A DNA stretch of 64,000 nucleotides. Origin: Octopus bimaculoides. Its lineage: Eukaryota. A program made the position numbers and the translations under genes. The stretch covers positions 88,712,286-88,776,285 of the forward strand of contig NC_068990.1 of the NCBI RefSeq assembly GCF_001194135.2. The letters are read 5' to 3'. The notes below the pieces were generated by a model. It saw only the letters and a list, made by a program, of their open reading frames with translations. It was not told the DNA's origin and made no database searches. Below are positions 11,466-23,868 of this stretch, piece by piece; positions within the stretch are counted from its first letter, which is position 1; the number at the start of each line of letters is the position of its first letter.

Positions 11466-12099
11466 ATACATAAATACATACAATGATGCTTACATACATA
11501 CATATATACATGCATACATACTGTAAAACTCAGCAATCCTCTGAAACAGATTTCTGATGTTCTTGCTATCTTCCAATCCACCACCCTTAGTTATGATAAC
11601 ATTAATGATAATTTCTGATTTAGGCACAAGGCAAACACTTTCTGACAGATGCTTGTTTTTTCAATACCTCAATCCTTACAATTTGACTGGTATATTATGT
11701 TATCTATCCCTGCAAGTAAAGTTGACCTCAGCTTGATTTTACCTAATAAGCAAAACATTACAAAATCAGTAAAGTTTATATTTAGTTACATCTTTTTACA
11801 TTGTGGGTTCAAATCCCAACAAAACATACTTCACTGGGCTTCACTAAGGAAATAACAAGAGACCAGTTGCTGTTATCTATACATACAAGTTTGTCTTTTA
11901 CAGGTGCTGGTGCCACATAAAATGCACTCATGCTGGTGCTGCATAAATGTTCCTGTGCCAGTGGCACATACATACATTATATCTATGTGTAAATTTCACC
12001 AGTTTGATTCACTCAGTATCTTTTATTATAACACTGTCGTTATCTCTTTACTCTCATCCTGTTCCTAATATTGATATCACTTTATTTCACCAATTTCAG

Positions 12100-12216
12100 T
12101 TAACTCAGAAATCAAATGTGGACCACCAAAAGACATTGTCGGTGCTGAGAAGGACTACAAATCTACCAACTATAAATCTGAAGTGACCTATACTTGCCCA
12201 GACGAAGAGGCAATAA
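12100..12216 (+). CDS. Exon Sushi-S4, unit 1 (3' part in N gap; expected end ~12270)
   Basis: ttcag|TT; NSEIKCGPPKDIVGAEKDYKSTNYKSEVTYTCPDEEAI then Ns. Confidence 0.85.
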
Positions 12217-13396
12217 NNNNNNNNNNNNNNNNNNNNNNNNNNNNNNNNNNNNNNNNNNNNNNNNNNNNNNNNNNNNNNNNNNNNNNNNNNNNNNNNNNNN
12301 NNNNNNNNNNNNNNNNNNNNNNNNNNNNNNNNNNNNNNNNNNNNNNNNNNNNNNNNNNNNNNNNNNNNNNNNNNNNNNNNNNNNNNNNNNNNNNNNNNNN
12401 NNNNNNNNNNNNNNNNNNNNNNNNNNNNNNNNNNNNNNNNNNNNNNNNNNNNNNNNNNNNNNNNNNNNNNNNNNNNNNNNNNNNNNNNNNNNNNNNNNNN
12501 NNNNNNNNNNNNNNNNNNNNNNNNNNNNNNNNNNNNNNNNNNNNNNNNNNNNNNNNNNNNNNNNNNNNNNNNNNNNNNNNNNNNNNNNNNNNNNNNNNNN
12601 NNNNNNNNNNNNNNNNNNNNNNNNNNNNNNNNNNNNNNNNNNNNNNNNNNNNNNNNNNNNNNNNNNNNNNNNNNNATGCTCTGAATCCTTCTTTACTAAA
12701 ACTCGGCAATCCTCTGAAAGAGATTTCTGATGCTCTTGCTATTTTCCAATCCACCACCTTTAGTTATGATAATCCTAATAAAAATGATTTCAGATTTAGA
12801 CTCAAAACAAGCAATTTTCAATAGATGTTTTGTCAATACTACAATGTCTGCAGTTTGACTGGTATATTATGTTATCTATCCCTGCAAGTAAAGTTGACCT
12901 CAGCTTGGTTTCACCTAAAAAGCAAAACATTACAAAATCAGTAAAGTGACGGGTGATAATATTTGCCAAGGTTAGTTGTATTTAGTTACATCTTCTTATA
13001 CTGTGGCTTCAAATCCCAACAAGACATATTTTACTGAGCTTCACTAAGGAAATGAAAGGGACCAAGAGTTGTGGCAATTTGCTGTACTTAGGAGGATGTG
13101 CCAAGTTAAGTAAAATTGGTGTCACCTATACAAACAGGCTTGTCCTTTACAGATGCTAGTGCTGTATAACATGCACTCATGCTGGTACTACATAAAAGCA
13201 CCCATGCCAGTGGCACATTAAGAGCACCCAATACACACACTAAGAAAGTGTCTGACATTAGGAAGTGCATCCAGCCTTAGAAATCCTGTCACTACAAACA
13301 ACTGGAGTTTGGATGGCATCCTGGCTGGCCAGTTCCTGTCAAATCATCCAACCCATGCCAATATGGATGACAGATGTTAAATGATGATGACGATGA

Positions 13397-13439
<43 letters not shown>

Positions 13440-13513
13440 TTGAAGGTTTGGAGGTGATGTACAGAAATTATATATAAAAAAATTAAGGTACTCAGAAACC
13501 TGGATGTTTGTAC

Positions 13514-13653
13514 ATTTACAGATTTTTATTAATGTCACATATTAAATGAAGCGCTTTTCACCTAGTCGTGTAGGTTTTTCAAATTTGAAAAACCTACACG
13601 ACTAGGTGAAAAGCGCTTCATTTAATATGTGACATTAATAAAAATCTGTAAAT
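13514..13653. repeat. Perfect 140-bp palindrome (70-bp arms, no spacer)
   Basis: atttacagatttttattaatgtcacatattaaatgaagcgcttttcacctagtcgtgtaggtttttcaaa | exact reverse complement; centre 13583/13584. Confidence 0.95.
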
Positions 13654-13829
13654 ATATATATATATATATATATGTACCAGACTGAGTCAAAAGTTTTTCT
13701 GTATTTCAAGCTTTAATAGTTTTATCAAGTTACATACAATAACCATTTTCCACGCTTATAACATTTGACTGATTTAGAGACAGAAAACTCCCTGCATCTG
13801 GTTTTAACCTTATCTATATTACTAAACCT

Positions 13830-14700
13830 CTATCCATGCAGAAAATGAGCCATGGTTCAACAAAGATGGTAATCTGGTGATGCAAGGTCTGGACTGTAAA
13901 CTGGGTGAGGTAGCACTTCCAGCACCTCAAATTTCTCAAGTTTGCATTTGGTCACTTTGGCAGTTTGTTCTGGAGCATTGTCATGTTGTAGGAGTGCACA
14001 TCTTCAACTGACCAATGCCAGATAGGCTTTCAAAGCATCATATACTCACTGCAGTTGTTAAGCATAAAGGTTAGCATTCACAGCATGACCATCTAGGACA
14101 AGCTCAAAGTACAACACCCTCTCAAAATTCCACCAGACACACATGACCTTCTGTTAAAACTGCCTTTGTTTGACAACAAATTCTGAAGCTTGGTTGGAAT
14201 AAAACCGCTGATTTATCTTAATAGGATTATAAAAGTACATCTGTCTTTCATCCCCAGTTACAATTCAATGCCAAAAACAGGCATCATGAAGATTTGTCCA
14301 CAGTTGTTCACAAATGTTCGCATGTCATTGAGCCTAGTCATTGGTCTGTTCATGAGGAACTTCTCCACAAAATTTGTTTACAAGGCTGAGCTTATGGTGG
14401 TGTTGAATAATAATGCTTTGTGAAGAACCAGGTTCTACTGACAATGTATGAGTGATTGGGCCTGGTTGTTGTTCAACCATTTCAAGCAAAGCAATGTCTT
14501 CCACAACAAAATGTCTCCTTGACCTTGGTTGTCTTTGAAGCTGGTGTCACCTTCCTTGAAATGTCTGAACCAGTTTTGTGACATATGTTCACTGACAGTT
14601 GCTGGGCTATCCATATAACTTACTTCTTTTGGCACTTACCTTGCACTTAATCCTTTTCTCTACAGATTGAATAAAATGACTCTAATTGCAATTTTTTCAC
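13830..14700 (-). mobile_element. Degenerate mariner element
   Basis: Minus-strand QNWFRHFKEGDTSFKD (mariner HTH region); absent from the paralogous intron at ~46150. Confidence 0.7.
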
Positions 14701-14867
14701 CACACATTATCAGAGCTGTAAAATAAAGAATAAACAGTTAGTGATTATATGTTATATATGAAAATTAATAGTAAAGAATTCATTGTAAGATTGTCATTAT
14801 CTCCTTATTCTCACCCTCTTCCAAACATGCCCTCACCATTGACACCAGTTTCTCCTTTCAATTTCAG

Positions 14868-15038
14868 TTTACTCCAAAATTGACTGTGGACCACCAAAAG
14901 ACATTGTTGGTGCTAACAAGTCCTACAATACCACCACTTATGAAACTGAAGTGTCCTACACTTGTCCAGAAGGAGAACACTTAAAGTCAATATGTAAAAA
15001 GGATAATAAATGGTCTCCAGTAAATTCTACATGTAAAG
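14868..15038 (+). CDS. Exon Sushi-S1, unit 2
   Basis: 171 nt; YSKIDCGPPKDIVGANKSYNTTTYETEVSYTCPEGEHLKSICKKDNKWSPVNSTCK. Confidence 0.9.
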
Positions 15039-15664
15039 GTAATGTAAATAACTTCCTTTTTCTTGGCACTGTCAGGGTAATCTTACTTTATTTTTGTGCT
15101 AAATATCTTTGCCAGAGGAAGTCTAGCTGACTCTCTGACAATTTACACAGTGTTTGTGGCTAGTGGGAGAGACAAAGGAAGTTGTCCTCAGACCAGATAT
15201 TTCCCCTGATGCTTGCAACAAAGTGGACAGTATTAATTCTATCCAAGGGCAAAGTATTAAATTGGGTGACAGATTAAGTCTCCCAACAGAAAAGTTGAAA
15301 TGTGATAGTCTGTTCCCTCCAGCAGACATCCATAGTTTCCATTTACCAGATTTCATCCTTTGTTCTGAAGCAAATTTTTAACCACATAACTAAGATTCCA
15401 CCCAGGACCACAGTATTTTGAATTATCATTCTTAACCTCATAGTCCAGTTTTATCCAGCATCATAGAAAGTGGACATAAAATGATAATGACGACATATAT
15501 ATATATATATATATATATACATACATACATGTTTTGTACACACACAGAAGTATTTTTTGTTTTGTGTGAGTGTGTGTATTTTATCATCGTTATTATTTCA
15601 CATCCATGTTTCATGCTGGCATGGGTTGGACAGTTTGGCAAGATCCAATGGGTTCAATGAATCA

Positions 15665-15890
15665 TTGTCCTCCAATTTCTTGGTAACAGAAACCACCAAC
15701 AACCTCTAGGGAATCTCCTGAGCATTTGAGAAAATCCAGTTCCTGTGTGTTTATTGTTTCTAAACAACTGTTACACACAAAGAATTCTGTGATTCCAGTG
15801 CACCTCTGATGTGCCTATAGGTTGCACTGGATACACCATATGGAATTCCTACCAACACCTTTCCTATATATTGAGCAGAGCACACACATA
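15665..15890 (-). mobile_element. RTE fragment upstream of S2 unit 2 (paralog of 2975-3435)
   Basis: Near-identical ccagtgcacctctgatgtg...cacctttcctatatattgagcagag block. Confidence 0.7.
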
Positions 15891-15933
15891 ATATTCATGC
15901 AACATTGGTATCAATTTCTATTCTTAATTTCAG

Positions 15934-16104
15934 TTTATGCAAAAATTAACTGTGGCGCTCCAAAGGAAGTTACTGGTGCATCAAAGTCCTACAAAACCAC
16001 CACCTATAAATCTGAAGTGACCTATACTTGTCCAGAGGGAGAACAACTAAAGTCAGTATGTGAAAAAAACAATGAATGGACTCCAGTGGCAGAAGCCTGT
16101 AAAG
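15934..16104 (+). CDS. Exon Sushi-S2, unit 2
   Basis: 171 nt; same sequence as unit 1 S2 by eye. Confidence 0.9.
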
Positions 16105-17102
16105 GTAATGTAAATAGCTCATCTCCTGTTGTTTCTGTCTATGTAATTTTGTTTTATTTTTGTGTTAAATGTGTTTGTCAGTGGAAGACTAACAGAATGC
16201 ATATGAAGTTCTACAGTGCTTGTGACTGATGATGAGGGAGAGCTAGTTATCCTTGGATCAGAGACCTCACAAATGCTTGCAACAGAGTGGACATCATTAA
16301 TTCTACCCAGGGGCCAGGTGATGGTATTAAACTAGAGAATGGATTAAGTCCAGGAAACAAGAGTTGGAAGCATAGAAACTTGTTCTTCTCCTGCAGGCTT
16401 TCACATAACTTGCATCCACTACATTTCATCCCCAAGGCTTAGTTGCGAAGTTAATTTTTAACCATGCAGACAAAACTCCACCCTCCTCGATATTGTTGTA
16501 AGCTTATTAACTCCAAATCTAATCTTGATGCATATTCTCTTAATTTCTAACTTGACTTTTCTCACCCATACTTTGTGGCATCCTGCCTGTTAAGTGGGGA
16601 TAAATATAATGTATGAGTTCTTCTTTACTAAAACTCAGCATTTACTTGGAACAGTCTTCCTATGTTCTTGTTATCTTCCAATCCACCACCCTTAATTATA
16701 ATATTGCTACTACTAATAATAAAAATAAAGATTTTTGATTTAGGCACAAAGCAAAGAATTTCTGAATGGAAGTGTTTAATCAATACCATCAACCTTGGAG
16801 TTTGTTTGTACTTTATGTTATTCACTGCAACTTACACGAAAAGCAGAGTTGACCTTGGCTTGATTTGAACCCCTAATCAAAAGAACCTGCATACATACTC
16901 TAAAACATTTCTTCCAATACTGCAATTAGTATTCATGTCATCATCTTCATTACCATCATCATTTAACAGCTGTTTTCTACCCTTACATGGGCTGTGTATT
17001 TGTTCTCACTTCATATTTTTGTTTTGTTTTTTTTTTCTATATTAGAAATTATTACTATTGTTGTTGTTATTTACACTCCTCTAAAGTTTCCTTTAATTCC
17101 AG

Positions 17103-17342
17103 TTGCTCAAATCAATTTTGTGAAAGTAAAAGATGCAGCTCTAGATGTATCTGGGAAAACATTGTGGAAGAAGAAAAATGTAACAGAAGATGATTGTGCA
17201 ACAAAGTGTTTGACTGACAAAAATTGCTTATCATTTGAAATAAAGAAAGAAGATGGAAAATGTTTCTTATCAAAGCAAACAGCAGCTTCCACCAAGAAAA
17301 TGAAAACAACCAAAAGCAGAGATTACTACCAACGAGTAAAAG
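17103..17342 (+). CDS. Exon PAN-B1, unit 2
   Basis: 240 nt; AQINFVKVKDAALDVSGKTLWKKKNVTEDDCATKCLTDKNCLSFEIKKEDGKCFLS...RDYYQRVK. Confidence 0.9.
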
Positions 17343-18933
17343 GTAATTATTCTGTGCATTTTATTATTGCAATTCTCTTTTCCTCTTACTTCTGAAATTT
17401 GTGATTCCATTTGTAATTCATAATGTACAGACAACCATTTCTGTAAAGACATTGACATGTCTCTGTCTTTACAGAAAGACAGAGACATATTCCTGAAAAA
17501 CAAAGAGCAATATTAGGAAATGGAAATACTGTTAGGACATTCTCATAGAGAATGTGTTCCTCTTGAACGCTTTTATGTATACCTTCAATTATAGTTTCAT
17601 GTAAGAAAAGAACCTCATGGTGTTTTACTTAAACCCAAAGAGTAATAGTATTAGTATTACTAGTAGTAGTCATGGTAGTGGTGGTGGCGGCGGAAGTGAC
17701 AGCAGTGTGGGTGATGGTAGCAGCAGCAGCAACAACAACTTCTTCTTCATTTCTCCATGCTGACATGGCTTAAACAGTACTATTACAACACAGTGTCTCA
17801 TCAGTAATTGAGGATACACTAGGCACATACATCACAAGCATATGTGTGCAACATGGTGACTTCATATCAAGATAAACAGCACATGACCTTGCAGGTGAGG
17901 CCCAGTTAGAATTTTCTTCAAGTCAAGTAGACCATCCCACTCCAAAGGTTCCTGAATAAGGGTTGTTTAAGGATGTCAAACAAAACACCCATGTTTCCAG
18001 TGGTGAATTATTCAAACGCCAAAGAATTCATCACAACACATGGCTATGATGCTCTCTCACTGCTTCTGCTCCTGATCAGAGATGCACATATCGTCAGCCA
18101 CCCAAGGACATGCTCAACTGGTTAGGGTCAAACAACTGACAAGCTAATCTGTGGAATTGAGCAGAATATTATTACTACGACTACTAACTACTTCTACGAT
18201 GACGATGACTACTTTATAAATATATTTAAAATAGATGCCTGACAGGCACCCATGCCAGTGGCACATAAAAAGCACCATGTGAGCATTGTCAGTGCCAGTG
18301 CCACCAGACTGGCTCCCATGCCGGTGGCATGTAAAAAGCGCTATCCGAGCATGGTTGCTGCCAGTTCCGCCTATCTGGTTCCTGTGCTGGTGGCAGATAA
18401 AAAGCACCATTTGATGTCAGTATTGCCTCATGGCCCTCGTGCAAGCGACACATAAAAAGCACCCACTACACTTTCAGAGTGGTTGGTGTTAGGAAGGGCA
18501 TCCAGCTGTAGAAACCTTGCCAGATCAGACTGGAGCCTGGTGCAGCCTTCTGGCTTCCCAGACCCCAGTCGAACCGTCCAACCCATGCCAGCATGGAAAG
18601 CAGACATTAAATGATGATGATCATCATCATGAGATAATTATGCACAAATACCAGCAATCAAGATTTTGAATAAAATATGAGAAAATCTTCTATTGCATTG
18701 TTTTATAAGAGAATTCATAAGAATAAAAGCAGTACCCATCCACAAAACTATTTTCCAGTTTAGGACACTCTAAGTACTGAGATATGTTTTGAAATAAGTC
18801 TCGAGATGTTCTACAGCTCACATGGATTCTGATTAAGGTGACATTTTGTGAATCAATTATTTCTTTTATAAATTATCCATTTACAGAATTTTGCACTGAT
18901 ACTTTACAATATCTAATATATGAATGTGATGTG

Positions 18934-18968
<35 letters not shown>

Positions 18969-19021
18969 GGGTGGTTGGAGGAGTGTACAATGTATTTCTT
19001 GTTCTCTTTTTCTTTTTCCAG

Positions 19022-19252
19022 CTAACAAACCTTTTATGTTTAAAAAAGTTAGCATACCAAAGAAGGATTCTGTAGGACAAATTAAGAATAAGACCTTAAA
19101 GGAGTGTGATAAGGCTTGTCAACAATATGTAGGATGTAACTCTTATCAGTACAATGAGAAAGATAAGTTATGTGATCTGAATAATGCAAGTCAGTCATCT
19201 GATTTACTTAAACCCAACAATGGAAATTGGGATATATATATGGTTAACCCAG
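19022..19252 (+). CDS. Exon PAN-C, unit 2 (divergent copy)
   Basis: 231 nt; NKPFMFKKVSIPKKDSVGQIKNKTLKECDKACQQYVGCNSYQYNEKDKLCDLNNAS...WDIYMVNP. Confidence 0.9.
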
Positions 19253-19313
19253 GTCAGTAGAGCATTTCCATTTTATTTATTGTGTACCTGTGTATTTACA
19301 TATATGTGTGTAG

Positions 19314-19376
<63 letters not shown>

Positions 19377-20215
19377 TGTTTCATGAGTAGCCATGATGAA
19401 AAATGTCATATCGAGGACAAAGCTGAAAGCTCATCAACTTTTTTAAGTTTTGCTGGGAAAAGAAAGTGCTACCTCTCAGGGAATTTGTGAAAAAATGGCT
19501 GACAATGGCAAATATGGTTAGAGTGAATGGCCCTTCTCTAAGCATGTGCCATGTAGATTGGAAAGCAACTGTTGGGAGAGGACTTGTGCCTTTGATGGCC
19601 AGGGTAATCCTGGATCTGTTGGTTCCCTGATTGGCCCAAGTTGGAGCTTTTCCTGTATCGGGAGGACTTCATCCGACATGTTGTCACATACTTTGTACAA
19701 TATGTATACTTTTATCACATTTTACCATCCTTTCCATTTATTTCTCCTCATCTTTTAAGTAAAGCCCCACACAAATTGTTGATCGTCCTTGTGATATCCA
19801 TCTCATCTATGATGCCTCTGGGTAAGTAAAGGAAGCATTATCATTATTATGATTGTTGTTTTTGTTGTTATATGAAAACTCACAGCTTATTTTGCTGGGT
19901 ATGATGGAAAGTGTCAGCTGTCCACAGCCAGCAGACTAAGGTGACACTTGTTTACTGGTCATGCTTCAAGAACCCTGCAAGGAATTCTTGCAGTTCCAAG
20001 CAATGCTGATTTTTGTAGGTGATCTTCCTTCACACTTGCACCAGTCTTTTTCAGCCATGCTGGTAGCTGAGTGCTGATATTTTCAAGTGCACCAATTACT
20101 ATTGGCATCACATCTACTCTCTTCATTGACCACAACCTTCGTATTTCTCCTTTTGAATCATCATAAGTGTTTATTTTGTCTTCTTTTGATCCTATCAGTT
20201 TCTCTTTTCTTTCAG

Positions 20216-20386
20216 CTTACAATAAAGTTGACTGTGGACCACCAAAAGATGTTGCTGGTGCCAAGAAGTCCTACAAAACCACCACCTTTAAATCTGAAGT
20301 GACCTATACTTGTCCAGAAGGAGAAAAATTAAAATCAGTATGTAAAGAGGACTATAAATGGTCTCCTGTAGCAAATGCTTGTAAAG
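20216..20386 (+). CDS. Exon Sushi-S3, unit 2
   Basis: 171 nt; YNKVDCGPPKDVAGAKKSYKTTTFKSEVTYTCPEGEKLKSVCKEDYKWSPVANACK. Confidence 0.9.
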
Positions 20387-20774
20387 GTAAATTAATGTAA
20401 ACAGGTTCTCTTGATGTCTCTGTTTCAGTAATTTTGTTTAATTTTTTTCTTAAATATTGTTGTCAAGTTATAGTTCAGCTCATTGTAATAAGTTATGTAT
20501 TTATTATTAAGGTAAATGACCAAACATAATTAGAGAAAGCAATGAAATTGTGTGATATTCATGTCTTTCTTAAGGGTAGTGACTGTCTATGTAAAGTGAA
20601 CTGATTTAGACTGAGAATCAAACCCAGATTACTCACTCAATCCATATATATGTACTGAAACAACAATGCAAGGAAATTACTCAGGTCATTTTCTGCATGG
20701 GAAACGAATAGTAAAGTAGCTACTTATTGAACCAACATATTATGATTTCACCCTCAAAGTCTTGTAAAATTGAA

Positions 20775-21270
20775 GTATTTCATGTTGCAAGACAGTGTGT
20801 GAGAGAGAATCGTGATGTCCACATGGATGATGGTTCAATTGCACTAAACAAGGCTGCAAAGAGAGAGGTTTGGAGATGCCACTATGAAAGGTTGCTCAAT
20901 AAAGAGAATGAATGGGAGAAAGAGTGTCTGCCGAATCTCAACCCAACAAAGGGACCAGCTATCCGAATTGACAGTACCTTGGTAGATAAAGCATGAAGAC
21001 AGGGAAAGCCCCCGGCCCATCAGGAATCACCACAGAGATGCTCAAAATAGCTGGTGGTATTGGCTATATAGCCTAGTCACCCATATAGTTAACCAGTGAT
21101 ACACAAAGGAGTCATACCCAATGACTGGTGTAGCTGTGCCATAGTCAACTGCTACGAAGGAAAAGGTGACACTTTAGATACAAATAAATACAGAGGTATC
21201 AAGTTGTTGGATCAGGTAATGTAAGTTACGGAGAGGGTCATAGCCCAACCAATTAGGGAGAGAGTCAGTT
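20775..21270 (+). mobile_element. RTE-clade LINE reverse-transcriptase fragment
   Basis: AKREVWRCHYERLLNKENEW...MKTGKAPGPSGITTEMLKIAGG; stops and frameshifts. Confidence 0.8.
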
Positions 21271-21878
21271 TAGCCCAATTAATTAGGGAGAGTGTTGGGC
21301 CTCACAAAGGAAATTACCGAGACCTTTAGCATTATGTTGTGCTTGAGAAGAAGACCCATCAAGCTGAGCAAAATCGCACTCATGACAGATACCGGTATCA
21401 CAGAAATAGCACCCATGCCGGTGGAATGTAAAAGCACCCATTACACTCACGGAGTGGTTGGTGTTAGAAAACTATGCCAAATCAGACTGGATTCTGGTGC
21501 AGCCTTCTAGTTTGCCAGCCCCGCTCAAAGTATCCAACCCATGCCAGCAAGGAGAACGGATGTTAAATGTTGATGTTGATGATGATAATGATGATGATTC
21601 TCCTCCTCCTTCTTCTGTTAAGGAGGTATTCATAGAATCATTTCAGCATCAAACAACACGTGTTGTGGTTTTAGTTCTGGCTCTTTAACTTCAAAGTACA
21701 TATCCTGCTGATGTTAACTTTCCCTTCTTGGGCAATTAAAATACGATACTACTCAGGTGTAGGGGCCAATTTAATTGACCACATTCTTCCTCAAAGTGTT
21801 AGCCTTCTTTCAATGTTAGAAATTACTATTGTTGTTCATGTTTTGTTTCCAATTGTCTCACTCATGCTTTAATTTCAG

Positions 21879-22118
21879 CTGCTCAGATCCATTTTGTGAA
21901 AGTGAAAGATGCAGTTCTGGATGTATCTGGGAAAACATTGTTTCACAAGAAAAATATAACAGCCGATGCTTGTGCTAAAGAGTGTTTGTCTGACGAAACT
22001 TGTTTATCATTTGAAATAAAGAAAGAAAATAGAGAATGTTACTTATCAAAGAAAACTGCAACTAAATCCAAGAAAATGAAATCAACCCAAAGCAATGATT
22101 ATTACCAGCGAATACAAC
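21879..22118 (+). CDS. Exon PAN-B2, unit 2
   Basis: 240 nt; AQIHFVKVKDAVLDVSGKTLFHKKNITADACAKECLSDETCLSFEIKKENRECYLS...NDYYQRIQ. Confidence 0.9.
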
Positions 22119-22369
22119 GTAAGTATTCTTTGTACTTCATTGTTGGATACTCTTTTCCTCTTTTTTTTGAAATTCATGATCCCATTTGTACTTCTGATAG
22201 ATTTGTACTTTGATAGATTGCTAGCCACTAAACGTTTTTTCTATTTTCTCCCCCTGTTTATTTCTGTGTTCCTATCATTAGTAGGGCATCATTTTCCCCA
22301 ATGATGCCAGTTTTTTGTAGATTCTGTGTTCATTATCCACAGTGATGCCAAGTGAATTTAGGAGGTGAA

Positions 22370-23513
22370 CAGAGAGGCTTGAAGATGACCTAAGGCCTGG
22401 ATGTCCTGCAACTGCTACCACTGAGGAAAACATTGATCATGTTTGCCGCATGGTGATGAATGACAGGTGATTGATTATCGTTAGCAGAATCGTTATCATG
22501 CCAGGTGAAATGGTTAGCGGTATTTCATCTTCCACTACGTTCTGAGTTCAAATTCCACCGAGGTCGACTTAGCCTTTCATTCTTTCAGGGTCAGTTAAAT
22601 AAGTACCAGTTACACATTGGAGTTGATGTAATCAACTTAATCCCTCTGTCTGTCCTTGTTTGTCCCCTCTGTGTTTAGCCCTCTGTGGGTAATAAAGGAA
22701 TAAATATTATTATTATTTTCTGTGAGAGAATAATTTGCACAATGAAACTGACCTAACAAAAGTTTCTGCTTTGTGGGTGCTATACCTTCAGACACCTGAT
22801 CAAAACCACACCAGGATGACCACATCTCAGGAAAGCCTGATATAGTTTGAGGTAGATCCAGCTGGTTTCCTTGAAGGTTTCCCAACCCAGAATGAGTGTT
22901 GGTTTCATTTTGAGTCAGACACAGATAAACAATCCAAGCAATGGAAACACCACCCCTCACCTGCTCCAAAGAAGGCCATGGTTGTTTCATTTGCAGGCAA
23001 GGTGATGGTCTCAGTTATTTGGAATACAAAAACATTGTGTTTATTGACTATCTTCAAAAGGTCCACACAATGAATGGAGAGTGTTATGCCAACTTTCTGA
23101 GTCAGTTATAAAAGGATATCAAAACCAAACACCCAGGATAACTAATGAGGGGTGTTTTGTTTCATCATGACAATACTCCAGAATACAAGTCCTTAGTTTC
23201 AATGGCTGCTGTGTGTGACTGTGGCTTTGAACTGGTTGATCACCCTTGCTATTCTCTTGATTCGGCCCCATCTGATTATTATTTGTTACACAACATGAAA
23301 AAAGACTTGACTGGGAACCAGTATTGTAGTGATAATGATGTGTTTTTTGATTAATAAGATGAAAGCTTCTTCACTTATGGGATCCAACCACTGTAACACC
23401 AGTGTAAGAAGTTTGTGGACCACAAGAGGGACAGTGTTGAAAGATAAACCTAATTTCGTTACATTCCATGAGAGTATTTTGGTCAACCTATGAACTTTTC
23501 AGCCGACCTCATA
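22370..23513 (+). mobile_element. Degenerate mariner upstream of PAN-D unit 2, with nested SINE
   Basis: GVLFHHDNTP, HPCYSLDSAPSDY motifs; TIR-like end ttggtcaacctatgaacttttcagccgacctcata. Confidence 0.85.
22480..22710 (+). repeat. tRNA-head SINE (Octopus OK/OR-like) nested in mariner
   Basis: gttctgagttcaaattccaccgaggtcgacttagcctttcattc...aataagtaccagtt...gatgtaatcaacttaatccc; B-box-like gttcaaattcc. Confidence 0.7.
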
Positions 23514-23634
23514 TTTGTTTTATATAATTTGTACATTTGGAACAATTTATGCACTGGACGCTATATAGTTTTTAATGTGAGTGTGTGTCAGAGTATAAAA
23601 TGTATTTCTTATTTTCTACCTTTTTTTTCTCTAG

Positions 23635-23868
23635 CCAAAGATGATCTTTTGATAATTAAAGGCACTGCCATACCAGGGCATGATACATTTGAGCGGCTGG
23701 AAGATGTGAGCTTAAAGGAGTGTGGTCATGCTTGTCATCAAAATCCAGGGTGTAACTCTTATGAGTATAATAAAAAAGATATGCTCTGTGATCAAAGTAA
23801 TGCGACTCACTTGACTCAGGACCTTCTGCCCAACAAATGGGCATGGGATACTTACATCATTAACCCAG
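23635..23868 (+). CDS. Exon PAN-D, unit 2
   Basis: 234 nt; KDDLLIIKGTAIPGHDTFERLEDVSLKECGHACHQNPGC...NKWAWDTYIINP. Confidence 0.9.

Noticed and set aside
12183-12824. Long ORFs spanning N runs (also 26928-27878, 33999-34507, 40398-41103, 44199-44567, 58905-59729)
   Set aside because: Artefacts of translating Ns as X.
22500-22580. tRNA-like A/B-box sequence
   Set aside because: Head of a SINE; no cloverleaf, so not a tRNA gene.
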